A stretch of 64,000 bases of DNA from Candidatus Nomurabacteria bacterium (GCA_016699365.1 CP064973.1:365684-429683), one strand, 5' to 3'; shown: positions 27,794-36,978, numbered from the stretch's first letter. Notes: generated by a model from the letters alone, not told the origin. Numbers and translations: made by a program.

Positions 27794-28120
27794 TACGAAA
27801 TCCGATGGCGAAATTTCTGAAAATCCCCAGTCCGAAACCCGCCCGCATTCCTCCCCAGACCCCTCCTGCGGGCGGGAAATCAGCCGAGGCAGGGCGAATC
27901 CATTCCCCCAGACAAATTGTTTCGCCCTGCCGAGTCCATTATATTAGTTTTAATCGTTTGGATTTTGCTCGAAATAGTTTCGAACTTTGTCCAACAAACA
28001 CCGCCAAAATTGAAAATCGGAATCGGAAGCCGAAATGGGGTCGGCACGAAGTGCCGACACAAATGTATTCCCCCCAAAAAATCCTGAATCTGAAAGGGTT
28101 CGCCACGCTCCGCGTGGCTC
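27794..28120. repeat. 327-bp GC-rich, hairpin-dense unit (U). Its left 211 bp and right 120 bp each recur as inverted copies at the outer ends of the 26004-29639 segment.
   Basis: Strong stems such as ggcagggcgaa...ttcgccctgcc, ggtcggcac gaa gtgccgac and gccacgc tcc gcgtggc sit in an otherwise AT-rich genome. The two inverted repeats overlap by 4 bp, CCGC at 28001-28004. Confidence 0.8.
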
Positions 28121-28139
28121 CTCGTTTGCCAATACAATT

Positions 28140-29648
28140 ATGAATAATCAAACCAAAAAGTTTTTCATTTATACTCGCAAGTCTACGGACGACAAAGACA
28201 GACAAGTCCGCAGTATTTCTGACCAATTAGCGGAATTGAAAAGTTTAGCGTTGAAAGAACAAATTGATGTTGTTGATGTCTTTGTCGAAAAGCAGACCGC
28301 CAAAATACCAGGTCGCCCTGTGTTTAATGAAATGTTGGAAAGAATGGAAAAGGGTGAAGCGACTGGTATTTTGGCGTGGCATCCCGATAGACTTGCGAGA
28401 AACTCGGTAGACGGAGGAAAAATCATCTACCTCGTTGATACTGGAATAATTAGTGAAATGAAATTTCCAACTTTTTGGTTTGATCCGACACCGCAAGGCA
28501 AATTCATGCTTTCAATCGCTTTTTCGCAATCCAAGTATTATGTAGATAATTTGTCGGAAAATATAAAGCGAGGTCATCGCAACAAAGTGAAAGACGGAAT
28601 ATGGCCTCAAATGGCTCCGCTTGGATATGTGAACAAAAATAGAAAAATTATTCCCGATGAGAATATCGCACCTTTAATCAAGAAAACATTTGAGGCATAT
28701 TCGTCTGGGTCTTTCACTTTGCGCCAACTCCGCGATAAGTTTAACGAACTTGGATTGAAGCGAAAAAGCGGAAAGGAACTTGCGGTGTCGAATTATCAAA
28801 AACTTTTGAAAAATCCAATTTACACAGGACTAATGTTGTATAACGGCGAGATACACGAAGGTAAACACGAACCGATTATCACAAAGAAACTTTTTGATTC
28901 CGTTCAGGAAGTGATGATGAGAAAAAGCAAACCTCATTCCAAAGGACTAAAACCATTTTTGTACAGAGGATTTTTCCGTTGCGGAGAATGTGGCTGTTTC
29001 ATTACCACTGAAACACAGAAAGGTTATAACTATTTGCGATGTACGAAACGGAAAAATCCTTGCTCACAAAAATATACCCGTGAGGAAATCATCACTTCCG
29101 AAATTCAAAAGGAAATCAAAAAAGTTTCTTTGCCAGACGATTGGGCTAAATGGATGTTAGCGGAAAATGAAAAAGACAAATTGGTGGAAGCCCAATCGTC
29201 TACGCTTTTTGCCGACAAAACAAAAGCCGATATTTCTCTTTTGGATTCCAAAATTGAGAAGCTGATGAACGCTTACTTAGAGAACGCTTTATCACTTGAG
29301 GAATATCGAGAAATGAAAAACAAGCTAGTGAACGAAAAACAGCTTCTCAAAGAGAAATTATCGGCTTTTGAGCAAAAAGCGAATAATCGGTTCGAACTTA
29401 CCGAAAAGTTTTTGAAATACAATATGGAATTGGCAAACGAGGGAATAAATGAAGAGAAACTTCATTTATTCAAAAAAGTCGGTTCGAACTTTATTATTGA
29501 AGCTCGAACCGTACTTTTTGAGCCACGCGGAGCGTGGCGAACCCTTTCAGATTCAGGATTTTTTGGGGGGAATACATTTGTGTCGGCACTTCGTGCCGAC
29601 CCCATTTCGGCTTCCGATTCCGATTTTCAATTTTGGCGGAGGATGTGA
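28140..29648 (+). CDS. large serine recombinase (resolvase catalytic domain + recombinase domain + zinc ribbon + coiled coil)
   Basis: FIYTRKSTDDKDRQVRSISDQ holds the catalytic Ser region. GILAWHPDRLARN, a Cys cluster CGECGCF...C..., and a long C-terminal coiled coil follow. The proposed start is ATG 28140 (MNNQTKK). The last ~40 codons run into inverted repeat 29520-29639. Confidence 0.85.
   Translation: MNNQTKKFFIYTRKSTDDKDRQVRSISDQLAELKSLALKEQIDVVDVFVEKQTAKIPGRPVFNEMLERMEKGEATGILAWHPDRLARNSVDGGKIIYLVDTGIISEMKFPTFWFDPTPQGKFMLSIAFSQSKYYVDNLSENIKRGHRNKVKDGIWPQMAPLGYVNKNRKIIPDENIAPLIKKTFEAYSSGSFTLRQLRDKFNELGLKRKSGKELAVSNYQKLLKNPIYTGLMLYNGEIHEGKHEPIITKKLFDSVQEVMMRKSKPHSKGLKPFLYRGFFRCGECGCFITTETQKGYNYLRCTKRKNPCSQKYTREEIITSEIQKEIKKVSLPDDWAKWMLAENEKDKLVEAQSSTLFADKTKADISLLDSKIEKLMNAYLENALSLEEYREMKNKLVNEKQLLKEKLSAFEQKANNRFELTEKFLKYNMELANEGINEEKLHLFKKVGSNFIIEARTVLFEPRGAWRTLSDSGFFGGNTFVSALRADPISASDSDFQFWRRM
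29520..29639. repeat. inverted copy of the right 120 bp of unit U (reverse complement of 28001-28120, 120/120)
   Basis: Exact match on direct comparison. Its outer end overlaps the CCA end of the adjacent tRNA. Confidence 0.9.
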
Positions 29649-29723
29649 GATTCGAACTCACGGAGCTGTTTAAGGCTCGGCAGTTTAGTAAACTGCTGGT
29701 TTCAACCACTCACCCAATCCTCC
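29634..29723 (-). tRNA. type-II (long variable arm) tRNA with encoded CCA and non-canonical anticodon loop UUACUAA (formal anticodon ACU); identity uncertain (Ser-like)
   Basis: Minus-strand read GGAGGAT TG GGT GAGTGGTTGAA ACC A GCAGT TTACTAA ACTGC CGAGCCTTAAACAGCTCCG TGAGT TCGAATC TCACA TCCTCC G CCA. It has a good acceptor and T-arm, but the anticodon loop is unusual. Confidence 0.5.
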
Positions 29724-29744
29724 ATATTTCAAATACAGAAACAG

Positions 29745-29831
29745 CGGAGACGGTGAGATTCGAACTCACGGGGGTTTTTACACCCCGCCTCCTTAGCAAG
29801 GAGGTACCTTAAACCACTCAGACACGTCTCC
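29745..29831 (-). tRNA. tRNA-Ser (anticodon GCU), type II
   Basis: Minus-strand read GGAGACG...CCTCC TTGCTAA GGAGG + long variable arm CGGGGTGTAAAAACCCCCG + TGAGT TCGAATC TCACC GTCTCC G. The anticodon loop gives GCU. Confidence 0.7.
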
Positions 29832-29876
29832 ATATCGAGATGAGAATACCACAACACGGCCATTTTTTCTAGTTTT

Positions 29877-30593
29877 TTAGTGCGCCACCACTAGTGCGAT
29901 TATGTTTCTCGCACCAGCTTCGCGTAAGACTCGGCGAGCTTCTTTTAGAGTTGCACCAGTTGTATATACATCGTCGATCAAGATTATATTTTTTCCTCTC
30001 ATATCTACTCCAGACTTTATTTTGTATGCACCTTGTAGATTTCTCAATCTTTCCAATCGGTTCCTGACTTTTGCTTGAGCTTTTGTGTCGCGGATTTTTT
30101 CTAATATATCTCCACCATATAGAAACTCTTTATCCGTGAGATTTTCTATAAAAGCTCTCGCCAGGAGTGCTGATTGATTATATCCACGTATGCGTTTTCG
30201 GTTTCTTGTGATTGGTATCGGTATAATCAGAGTTTCTTTGTTTGCATTGAAAATATTCTTTTCACTCAATATGTCTATGTTGTGTTCATACAAAGATTGG
30301 CCTAATATTTTTGCAATAGGGAATCTGCCATGGTATTTGAGTAGCCACAATGCATGCTTTACCGTACTGTCTTTATATGAAAAGCATGCATGCACAAAAG
30401 AATCTGGGATTTGGTTCGGTTCGGGGATTTTTCCTAGACATTTATCACATAGTACACTCCCTGTATTTTTGCACTTTATACACTTGGTTGGGAAAATGTA
30501 CTCGAGTATTGATGAGATTATATTCATAAATAAAATATGTATATATGATATAATACAATTACTGAATTTTATATATGGCAAACACATTTTCAA
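29877..30593 (-). CDS. comF: ComF family protein (competence protein ComFC; zinc finger + phosphoribosyltransferase domain)
   Basis: N-terminal CxxC...CxxC (CIKCKNTGSVLCDKC) and the C-terminal PRTase motif ILIDDVYTTGATLKEA. The true start is probably an internal Met near 30527. Confidence 0.75.
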   Translation of the reverse strand: MKMCLPYIKFSNCIISYIHILFMNIISSILEYIFPTKCIKCKNTGSVLCDKCLGKIPEPNQIPDSFVHACFSYKDSTVKHALWLLKYHGRFPIAKILGQSLYEHNIDILSEKNIFNANKETLIIPIPITRNRKRIRGYNQSALLARAFIENLTDKEFLYGGDILEKIRDTKAQAKVRNRLERLRNLQGAYKIKSGVDMRGKNIILIDDVYTTGATLKEARRVLREAGARNIIALVVAH

Positions 30594-31720
30594 AAATACT
30601 AAACGACGGATTGGCGATTTTTAAGAAGACTTCCAATGAGAGTGTTGTTGGAATAGATATTGGATCTTCAGCCATAAAGGTTGTTCAATTAAAGAAGAAG
30701 GGCGCAAAAGCAGTACTAGAGACTTACGGTGCTCTTTCACTTGGCCCGTATTTGGAGGGAGGGGTTGTTGGTCAGACTACAAATCTACCTATAGAAAAAA
30801 TTGCCCAAGGATTAACTGATGTTATGCGCGAAGCTGGTATTACAACAAAACAAGGTGCGGTATCCATACCTGCATCTGCCAGTTTAGTTTTTCTAATTGA
30901 ATTACCTGCAGTTATAGATGAGAGTCAGTTAGCATCGATTATTCCGACTGAGGCTAGAAAATATATTCCAGTTCCAATATCCGAAGTATCACTTGATTGG
31001 TGGCCTATTCCTAAAAAAGATTCTGCTTTAGATGGTGCTGTTGGTCCAGACGGTAAACCTCTAAAAGAAGCAGCGAAGACTGAAGTTTTAGTTGCTGCAA
31101 TTCACAATGACACTATACAAAAATACAGAGACATAATCGCAAAGACAAGTCTGTCAGTAGATTTTTTTGAAATAGAACTTTTTTCAAGCATACGAAGTAG
31201 TTTTGGTAGGGAGCTTTCTACTGTTTTAATAATCGATATGGGTGCTCTTAAAACTAAGTTATCTATTATAGAGTACGGTATCGTCAGAAAGTTCCATAGT
31301 ATTGATCGAGGCTCTCAGGATATAACCAACGCACTGTCAAAATCTTTAGGTGTAACTTTTTTGCAAGCAGAGCAGATGAAGAGAGATTTTGGAATGCTTG
31401 GTAATCAAAAAGATCCAAGTATGCCAGAAATTATTTCATTGTCTGTAGACTATATATTGAGTGAGACAAACAGTGCAATTCTAAATTACGAAAGACAGTA
31501 CGGAAAAACTATTAGTAAAGTTATTTTGACAGGTGGGGGAGTTCTATTGAAAGGTTTTAAAGAAAGAGCAACAGAACAGTTGAGATCAGAAGTTGTGATG
31601 GCTAGACCATTCGACAAAGTAGAGGCACCTGCTTTCTTGGACAATGTTCTTGAAACCGCTGGTCCGGAGTTTGCTGTCGCAGCAGGACTTGCTTTGCGAC
31701 GATTGCAGGAATCTTCATAG
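30575..31720 (+). CDS. pilM: type IV pilus assembly protein PilM (actin-like ATPase fold)
   Basis: VVGIDIGSSAIKVVQLKKKG N-terminus and 381-aa length. First gene of the pilM-N-O string. Confidence 0.85.
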   Translation: MANTFSKILNDGLAIFKKTSNESVVGIDIGSSAIKVVQLKKKGAKAVLETYGALSLGPYLEGGVVGQTTNLPIEKIAQGLTDVMREAGITTKQGAVSIPASASLVFLIELPAVIDESQLASIIPTEARKYIPVPISEVSLDWWPIPKKDSALDGAVGPDGKPLKEAAKTEVLVAAIHNDTIQKYRDIIAKTSLSVDFFEIELFSSIRSSFGRELSTVLIIDMGALKTKLSIIEYGIVRKFHSIDRGSQDITNALSKSLGVTFLQAEQMKRDFGMLGNQKDPSMPEIISLSVDYILSETNSAILNYERQYGKTISKVILTGGGVLLKGFKERATEQLRSEVVMARPFDKVEAPAFLDNVLETAGPEFAVAAGLALRRLQESS

Positions 31721-31802
31721 TTTTACACATTATTTTCTATACATAGTAGCTAGTTCGTATTACAATATAACAATGTTAGAAGCTTGTGCTTCGTTTATGT
31801 AA

Positions 31803-32495
31803 ATGGATAAAGACTTTCAAACATCTTTTATACCTAAAAAATCTCTTGCAGAAGAGCGTGTTACTACGCGTCGACCTGCAAGCCTACTTGTGTTTTTTGC
31901 AACATTAGTTTTCTTTGCATCTTTAGCTTCTGCAGCAGGCGTGTATTTTTATAGAGCGTCATTGGTAAAACAAGTAGAAGCTATGTCTAGTCAGCTTGAT
32001 AAAGCTAGAGCACGTTTTGAACCATCGCTTATCACTGATCTTGAAGACTTAGATCGTAGACTATCTGCATCAGAGAGTGTCATATCAAATCATACAGTTA
32101 TAAGTCCTATATTTGAGACACTTGAAACTTTGACTCTAAAAACAATTCGCTATACAAGCATGGATTATGAGATTGATAAAGAAAATGGAGGAGCTGTAAA
32201 TATAAAACTCCGAGGCCAGTCTTCAAGTGGCTATACTCCTATAGCGTTACAGTCTGATATGTTCTTGCAAAACAAATACATAATAGATCCAATATTTTCA
32301 AATCTTTTAGTTGATGCAAGCGGAAAGGTGAACTTTGATTTAGAGTTTACAGTCGATCCTACATATTTGTCATACACAGAATTTGTAAATAGATCTGCAG
32401 TTTCAGACACTTCAGATATAGTTCCGGTTAGCACACAGACAACAGATACATCTGCAACAGAAGACACTACCAATAGTACCCAACTAAACCCATAA
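31803..32495 (+). CDS. PilN-like pilus assembly protein (single TM + periplasmic domain)
   Basis: N-terminal TM helix, then a coiled/periplasmic domain. Position after pilM. Confidence 0.5.
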   Translation: MDKDFQTSFIPKKSLAEERVTTRRPASLLVFFATLVFFASLASAAGVYFYRASLVKQVEAMSSQLDKARARFEPSLITDLEDLDRRLSASESVISNHTVISPIFETLETLTLKTIRYTSMDYEIDKENGGAVNIKLRGQSSSGYTPIALQSDMFLQNKYIIDPIFSNLLVDASGKVNFDLEFTVDPTYLSYTEFVNRSAVSDTSDIVPVSTQTTDTSATEDTTNSTQLNP

Positions 32496-32499
32496 ATTT

Positions 32500-33081
32500 A
32501 TGATGAGATTTATTTTTCCAATTATTTTGTTTGTAGCCTCAATAGGATTGTTTTTGGGTGTAACAAATCCTATCTATAAAGCCACAAAAGAACTCAAAGC
32601 AGAAACAGCAACCTATGCTGAAGCTTTGGCTAATTCAAAACAATTGGAAGAGAGACGTGATGAGCTTGTGGCTAAATACAATGAATTTGCTCCAAGTGAT
32701 GTTGAGAGATTGCGAAAGCTCTTGCCAGACAACGTAGACAATATACGTTTGATTTTAGAGATTGATTATATAGCTTCTAGATATGGTATGTCAGTTACAA
32801 ACGTAGCTTTTGACGTAGACAACAAAGAAGCTTCAGATACAGAAAATTCAATAGCTGAAGGGGGAAGTAGTTTGAGTATGACAAATCGAGATATTGGAAC
32901 ATTTGATTTGAGTTTTTCTACACAAGCTTCTTATGATAATTTTCAAAAGTTTTTGATTGATTTGGAAAATAGTTTGCGTATTGTAGATATACAGGAAATT
33001 ACTTTCGATTCAACAGCTTCAGAAGGCAGAGATTTTTATAAGTACAACATTAAGATTAAAACATATTGGTTAAAGAATTAG
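32500..33081 (+). CDS. PilO-like pilus assembly protein
   Basis: N-terminal TM helix plus a coiled-coil. Position and topology typical of PilO. Confidence 0.5.
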   Translation: MMRFIFPIILFVASIGLFLGVTNPIYKATKELKAETATYAEALANSKQLEERRDELVAKYNEFAPSDVERLRKLLPDNVDNIRLILEIDYIASRYGMSVTNVAFDVDNKEASDTENSIAEGGSSLSMTNRDIGTFDLSFSTQASYDNFQKFLIDLENSLRIVDIQEITFDSTASEGRDFYKYNIKIKTYWLKN

Positions 33082-33085
33082 ATTT

Positions 33086-33706
33086 ATGAGCAAGATTATT
33101 AAACGTCTAATAACAGTAGCAGTATTGGTTGCCTTAATTGCAATCGGGTATTCTTTGGTTTCGAACAAGAAGCAAGACAGTCAGTCTCTATCAACTGTAG
33201 GAGCTTCTGCAGACAGTACAAATGAAACCGGAGATGAATTCTTGGCGACTCTTCTGAATCTTCAAGTATTAAAACTAGATGGTGATATCTTCAATGCAAA
33301 TACATTTACAGGTTTACAAGATTTCTCAATAACTCTTGTTCAGCTTGGTAACCAGGGTCGTCCAAATCCTTTTGCTCCTATAGGATCAGACCTTTCTCCT
33401 ACGAGTGTAATATCAAGTCCTAGTGTCATAACAAATACGCCTACTTCTATAACAACTACAAGCTCAGTACTTCAGGGTGCTTTGCTAGCTGGAACAGTCG
33501 CAACTGAAAGATGGTTTGAGTGGGGTCTCACAGAATCTCTGGGTGCAAGTACAACAAAATTACTAGGCAGTACTAGTCCTTATACTGCTACGGTTTCTGG
33601 TCTAACAGCAAACACAACTTACTTCTATAAGGCTGCAGCTAAAATAAACGGACAGACTGTTTACGGATCGGTTGTATCTTGGAAAACGCTCAGCACAAGT
33701 AATTAG
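33086..33706 (+). CDS. hypothetical pilus-associated membrane-anchored protein (S/T-rich)
   Basis: TM anchor plus a Ser/Thr-rich region. It belongs to the pilMNO string, where a PilP-like protein would be expected. Confidence 0.3.
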   Translation: MSKIIKRLITVAVLVALIAIGYSLVSNKKQDSQSLSTVGASADSTNETGDEFLATLLNLQVLKLDGDIFNANTFTGLQDFSITLVQLGNQGRPNPFAPIGSDLSPTSVISSPSVITNTPTSITTTSSVLQGALLAGTVATERWFEWGLTESLGASTTKLLGSTSPYTATVSGLTANTTYFYKAAAKINGQTVYGSVVSWKTLSTSN

Positions 33707-33726
33707 TTGTTTGTTCAAATTTTTAT

Positions 33727-35463
33727 ATGACTTTTTTAGAACATCTTGCTGGTCAAGGTATTATTACAGACAATCAAATAAGTGAAGTAATCAGACTCGC
33801 CGAAGAGAAACATGGCGGGAATATTGACGATATGCTCGTAGAGCTTGGTTTAGATGATAAAAAACTTTTGGAACTTAAAGGTAGTTTTTTCAATGTTCCA
33901 ACAAAAGATGTTGATCTAAGACAAATAACTTCTGACACATTGAAATATATTCCTGAAGATTCAGCGAAGCATTATATGTTTGTTCCTCTAGGTATAAAAG
34001 ATGGAGTGCTCGAGGTTGGTATAGTGAACCCTGACAATATAGGAGCAATAGATGCTATACAATTTATAACTTCAAAGATGAATATTCCTTATAAGATATT
34101 TTTGATATCAAGTAAGGCATTTGAAGGTATTTTAAAAAATTATGAGGGCCTAACAGGAGAAGTTGATCAAGCAATATCTGAAATTGATAAAGAAATAGAG
34201 TCTGTAAATACTAGCGATATTGTAATAGAAGATAGAAATATCCAGGCTAAATTAAAACCAGGCGAAGAAGAGCGTATTGTTGAAGACGCGCCTATAATCA
34301 AAGTTGTTGCAGTTATATTGCGTCACGCAACAGAAGGAAACGCTTCTGATATTCACATAGAAAACACAGGTGACAAAGTAAAGGTACGTTTTCGTGTGGA
34401 CGGAGTCTTGCATACTAGTCTTGTACTACCTTTAAATGTTTACGCAGGAATAGTTGCTCGTATAAAGATAATGGCAAAACTACGATTGGATGAAAAACGT
34501 AAACCTCAAGACGGAAGTTTTGCTACAAAGATAGCTGGTAGAAAAGTAGAGTTTCGTGTGTCTACATTCCCAGCCTATTATGGTGAAAAAGTTGTGATGA
34601 GAATTCTCGATTCTTCACGTGGAGTGAAGAAGCTTTCAGAATTGGGCCTATCTGAACATAACTACAAACTTATAAAAGAAGCATTGGCAAAGCCATACGG
34701 TCTTATACTGATGACAGGTCCAACTGGTTCCGGTAAATCTACTACTGTGTATTCGATGTTGAATGAGCTCGACAAAGAAAAGTCCAATGTCGTGTCTCTA
34801 GAAGATCCGGTTGAATATCAAATCCCAGACGTAAACCAGTCTCAGGTTATGCCAGAGATAGGGTACTCTTTTGCTTCAGGTCTTCGTTCAATATTGCGTC
34901 AAGATCCGAACATAATAATGGTGGGAGAAATACGCGACAAAGAAACAGCTCAGCTTGCAATTCAGGCGGCTCTAACAGGTCACTTGGTATTGTCTACTTT
35001 ACACACGAACTCTGCTGTTGGTGTAGTTCCGCGTTTGGTGGACATGGGAGTTGATCCTTATCTAATTGCGCCAACACTTATACTCTCTATAGCTCAACGT
35101 CTTGCTCGTGTTGTGTGCGAGGATTCACGCAAAGAAGTTCCTATGGATGAAACCATGAAAGAGCTTTTGGACAATCAATTTAAAGATTTACCAGAGAAAT
35201 ACAGAGGTCAGTTGCCTGCACGGGACAAAATGTATGAAGTTGTGCCTTCAGCTGAATGTCCAAATGGAACTCGCGGACGTATGGCAGTATTTGAAATGTT
35301 CGCCGTTAGTAAAGAGATGCAACATGTTATTTTAACTAGTCCGGTAGAGGCGGAAATATATAAAGTGGCTAGAGCAGACGGTATGCTTACCATGAAAGAG
35401 GATGCGATTATTAAAAGTCTAAAAGGGGAGTTGCCGTTTCAAGAAATCTACAATGATTTGTAA
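33727..35463 (+). CDS. pilB: type IV pilus assembly ATPase PilB (GspE family)
   Basis: Walker A LMTGPTGSGKSTT, an Asp box and a His box, and N-terminal GspII_E-like domains. Length 578 aa. Confidence 0.9.
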   Translation: MTFLEHLAGQGIITDNQISEVIRLAEEKHGGNIDDMLVELGLDDKKLLELKGSFFNVPTKDVDLRQITSDTLKYIPEDSAKHYMFVPLGIKDGVLEVGIVNPDNIGAIDAIQFITSKMNIPYKIFLISSKAFEGILKNYEGLTGEVDQAISEIDKEIESVNTSDIVIEDRNIQAKLKPGEEERIVEDAPIIKVVAVILRHATEGNASDIHIENTGDKVKVRFRVDGVLHTSLVLPLNVYAGIVARIKIMAKLRLDEKRKPQDGSFATKIAGRKVEFRVSTFPAYYGEKVVMRILDSSRGVKKLSELGLSEHNYKLIKEALAKPYGLILMTGPTGSGKSTTVYSMLNELDKEKSNVVSLEDPVEYQIPDVNQSQVMPEIGYSFASGLRSILRQDPNIIMVGEIRDKETAQLAIQAALTGHLVLSTLHTNSAVGVVPRLVDMGVDPYLIAPTLILSIAQRLARVVCEDSRKEVPMDETMKELLDNQFKDLPEKYRGQLPARDKMYEVVPSAECPNGTRGRMAVFEMFAVSKEMQHVILTSPVEAEIYKVARADGMLTMKEDAIIKSLKGELPFQEIYNDL

Positions 35464-35506
35464 ATTGGTAAAAAACGGAGTGTTTATAGTATAATTAGAA
35501 GCAATT

Positions 35507-35908
35507 ATGGAAGAATCCAAAAAATACAAAATATTAATTATTGACGACGACAATTTTTTGCTAGACATGTACGCTATGAAATTTTCTCAGGAGCCAAAAT
35601 TTTCTGTAGATACAGCTCTCGGTTCTACTTTGGCTTATGAGAAATTAAAAGCAGGGGCTTCTCCAGATGTTATGTTGATGGACATTGTTATGCCGGGAAT
35701 GGATGGATTTGAACTTCTCGAAAAGTTGCGCGATGAAAAAATAGCAGAAGGTACTATGAAAATTATACTTTCAAACCGTGGTCAACAATCTGACATAGAA
35801 CGTGGTGCGACTCTAGGAGTGGCTGGTTATATCGTAAAAGCTTCTAGTACACCAGGCGAGGTTATTACTAAAGTAACTGAAATTGTTACCAAACAATTAC
35901 CAAGATAA
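35507..35908 (+). CDS. CheY-like response regulator receiver (PilH-like) within the pilus locus
   Basis: KILIIDDD...VMLMDIVMPGMDGFELLEKLR...KIILSN carries the receiver motifs. It lies between pilB and pilT. Confidence 0.75.
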   Translation: MEESKKYKILIIDDDNFLLDMYAMKFSQEPKFSVDTALGSTLAYEKLKAGASPDVMLMDIVMPGMDGFELLEKLRDEKIAEGTMKIILSNRGQQSDIERGATLGVAGYIVKASSTPGEVITKVTEIVTKQLPR

Positions 35909-35910
35909 TT

Positions 35911-36969
35911 ATGGATTACGCAAAAGAACTAGAAGATTTATTGGTTACTCTTATTCGTGAAGGCGGATCAGATCTTCATATTGCTGGAATGCGCTATCCT
36001 GCAATCCGCGTTTCAGGACAATTAAACTTTTTAGTTAAGCATAATATTTATACAAAAGAAGATTCTTTGGGAATACTTCGAGAACTGTTGGACGATGTTA
36101 AATATAAAAAGTTTTTAGAAGACCAAGAGATTGATTTTTCATACGATTTTAAAGGTGAGGCTAGGCTTCGTGGTAACGCCTTCTTTACAAAAGGTATAGC
36201 GGGTATTGCTCTCCGACTTATACCACAAGTTAAGACTCTAGCTGAGCTCAGACTTCCTCCAATTATTGAAACTTTTTGTAGAAAAAAACAAGGATTTTTT
36301 CTTGTCGTAGGACCAGTTGGTCAAGGTAAGTCCACAACTCTTGCCTCTATGATAAGTCTTATAAACAACGAACGTGCAGAACACATAGTAACTATCGAAG
36401 ACCCAATAGAATACATGTATACACCGAAGCACTCTATTATAGATCAGCGTGAAGTTGGTATAGATACAAAAGATTTCAATTCAGCCCTGAAGTCTGTGTT
36501 TCGTGAAGATGTAAACGTAATACTGATTGGTGAGATGCGCAATGCTGAGACTATTTCTACTGCTGTTACAGCTGCTGAAACAGGTCACTTGGTTTTCTCT
36601 ACTCTTCATACAAACAACGCTTCTCAGACTATTGACCGTATCATCGATGCGTTTCCACCTGGCCAACAAGATCAGATTCGTATACAACTTGCTTCAAGTT
36701 TGATCGGAATATTTTCTCAGCGTCTTATACCTTGTATAACTGGGGGACTTGTTCCAGCATATGAGCTTCTCGTAAACAACAACGCTGTACAAAACCTTAT
36801 CCGAGAAAAACGTACACACGAGATAGATGTAGTAATAGAAACTGGATATGAGCACGGTATGATAGATATGAACCGCTCCCTTGTAGAACTTGTACGTGCA
36901 GGACAAATTACAATGGACAATGCTTACTTATATTCACTTAACCCAAAAGCTCTAGAGCGATTGCTATAA
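35911..36969 (+). CDS. pilT: type IV pilus retraction ATPase PilT
   Basis: Walker A VVGPVGQGKSTTLASMI and a compact 352-aa PilT architecture. Confidence 0.9.
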   Translation: MDYAKELEDLLVTLIREGGSDLHIAGMRYPAIRVSGQLNFLVKHNIYTKEDSLGILRELLDDVKYKKFLEDQEIDFSYDFKGEARLRGNAFFTKGIAGIALRLIPQVKTLAELRLPPIIETFCRKKQGFFLVVGPVGQGKSTTLASMISLINNERAEHIVTIEDPIEYMYTPKHSIIDQREVGIDTKDFNSALKSVFREDVNVILIGEMRNAETISTAVTAAETGHLVFSTLHTNNASQTIDRIIDAFPPGQQDQIRIQLASSLIGIFSQRLIPCITGGLVPAYELLVNNNAVQNLIREKRTHEIDVVIETGYEHGMIDMNRSLVELVRAGQITMDNAYLYSLNPKALERLL

Positions 36970-36978
36970 TTTTAAAAT

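Noticed and set aside
27745-28226. ORFs 27745-28143(+), 27880-28137(-), 27939-28226(-), 27950-28132(-), and similar ORFs at 29449-29673, 29494-29709 and 29534-29812
   Set aside because: All are translations of the GC-rich inverted repeats or of the tRNA genes. They are open only because GC-rich sequence lacks stop codons. The same peptide (NPMAKFLK.PSPKPARIPPQTPPAGG...) appears fused to two unrelated genes, which marks it as repeat read-through rather than a domain.
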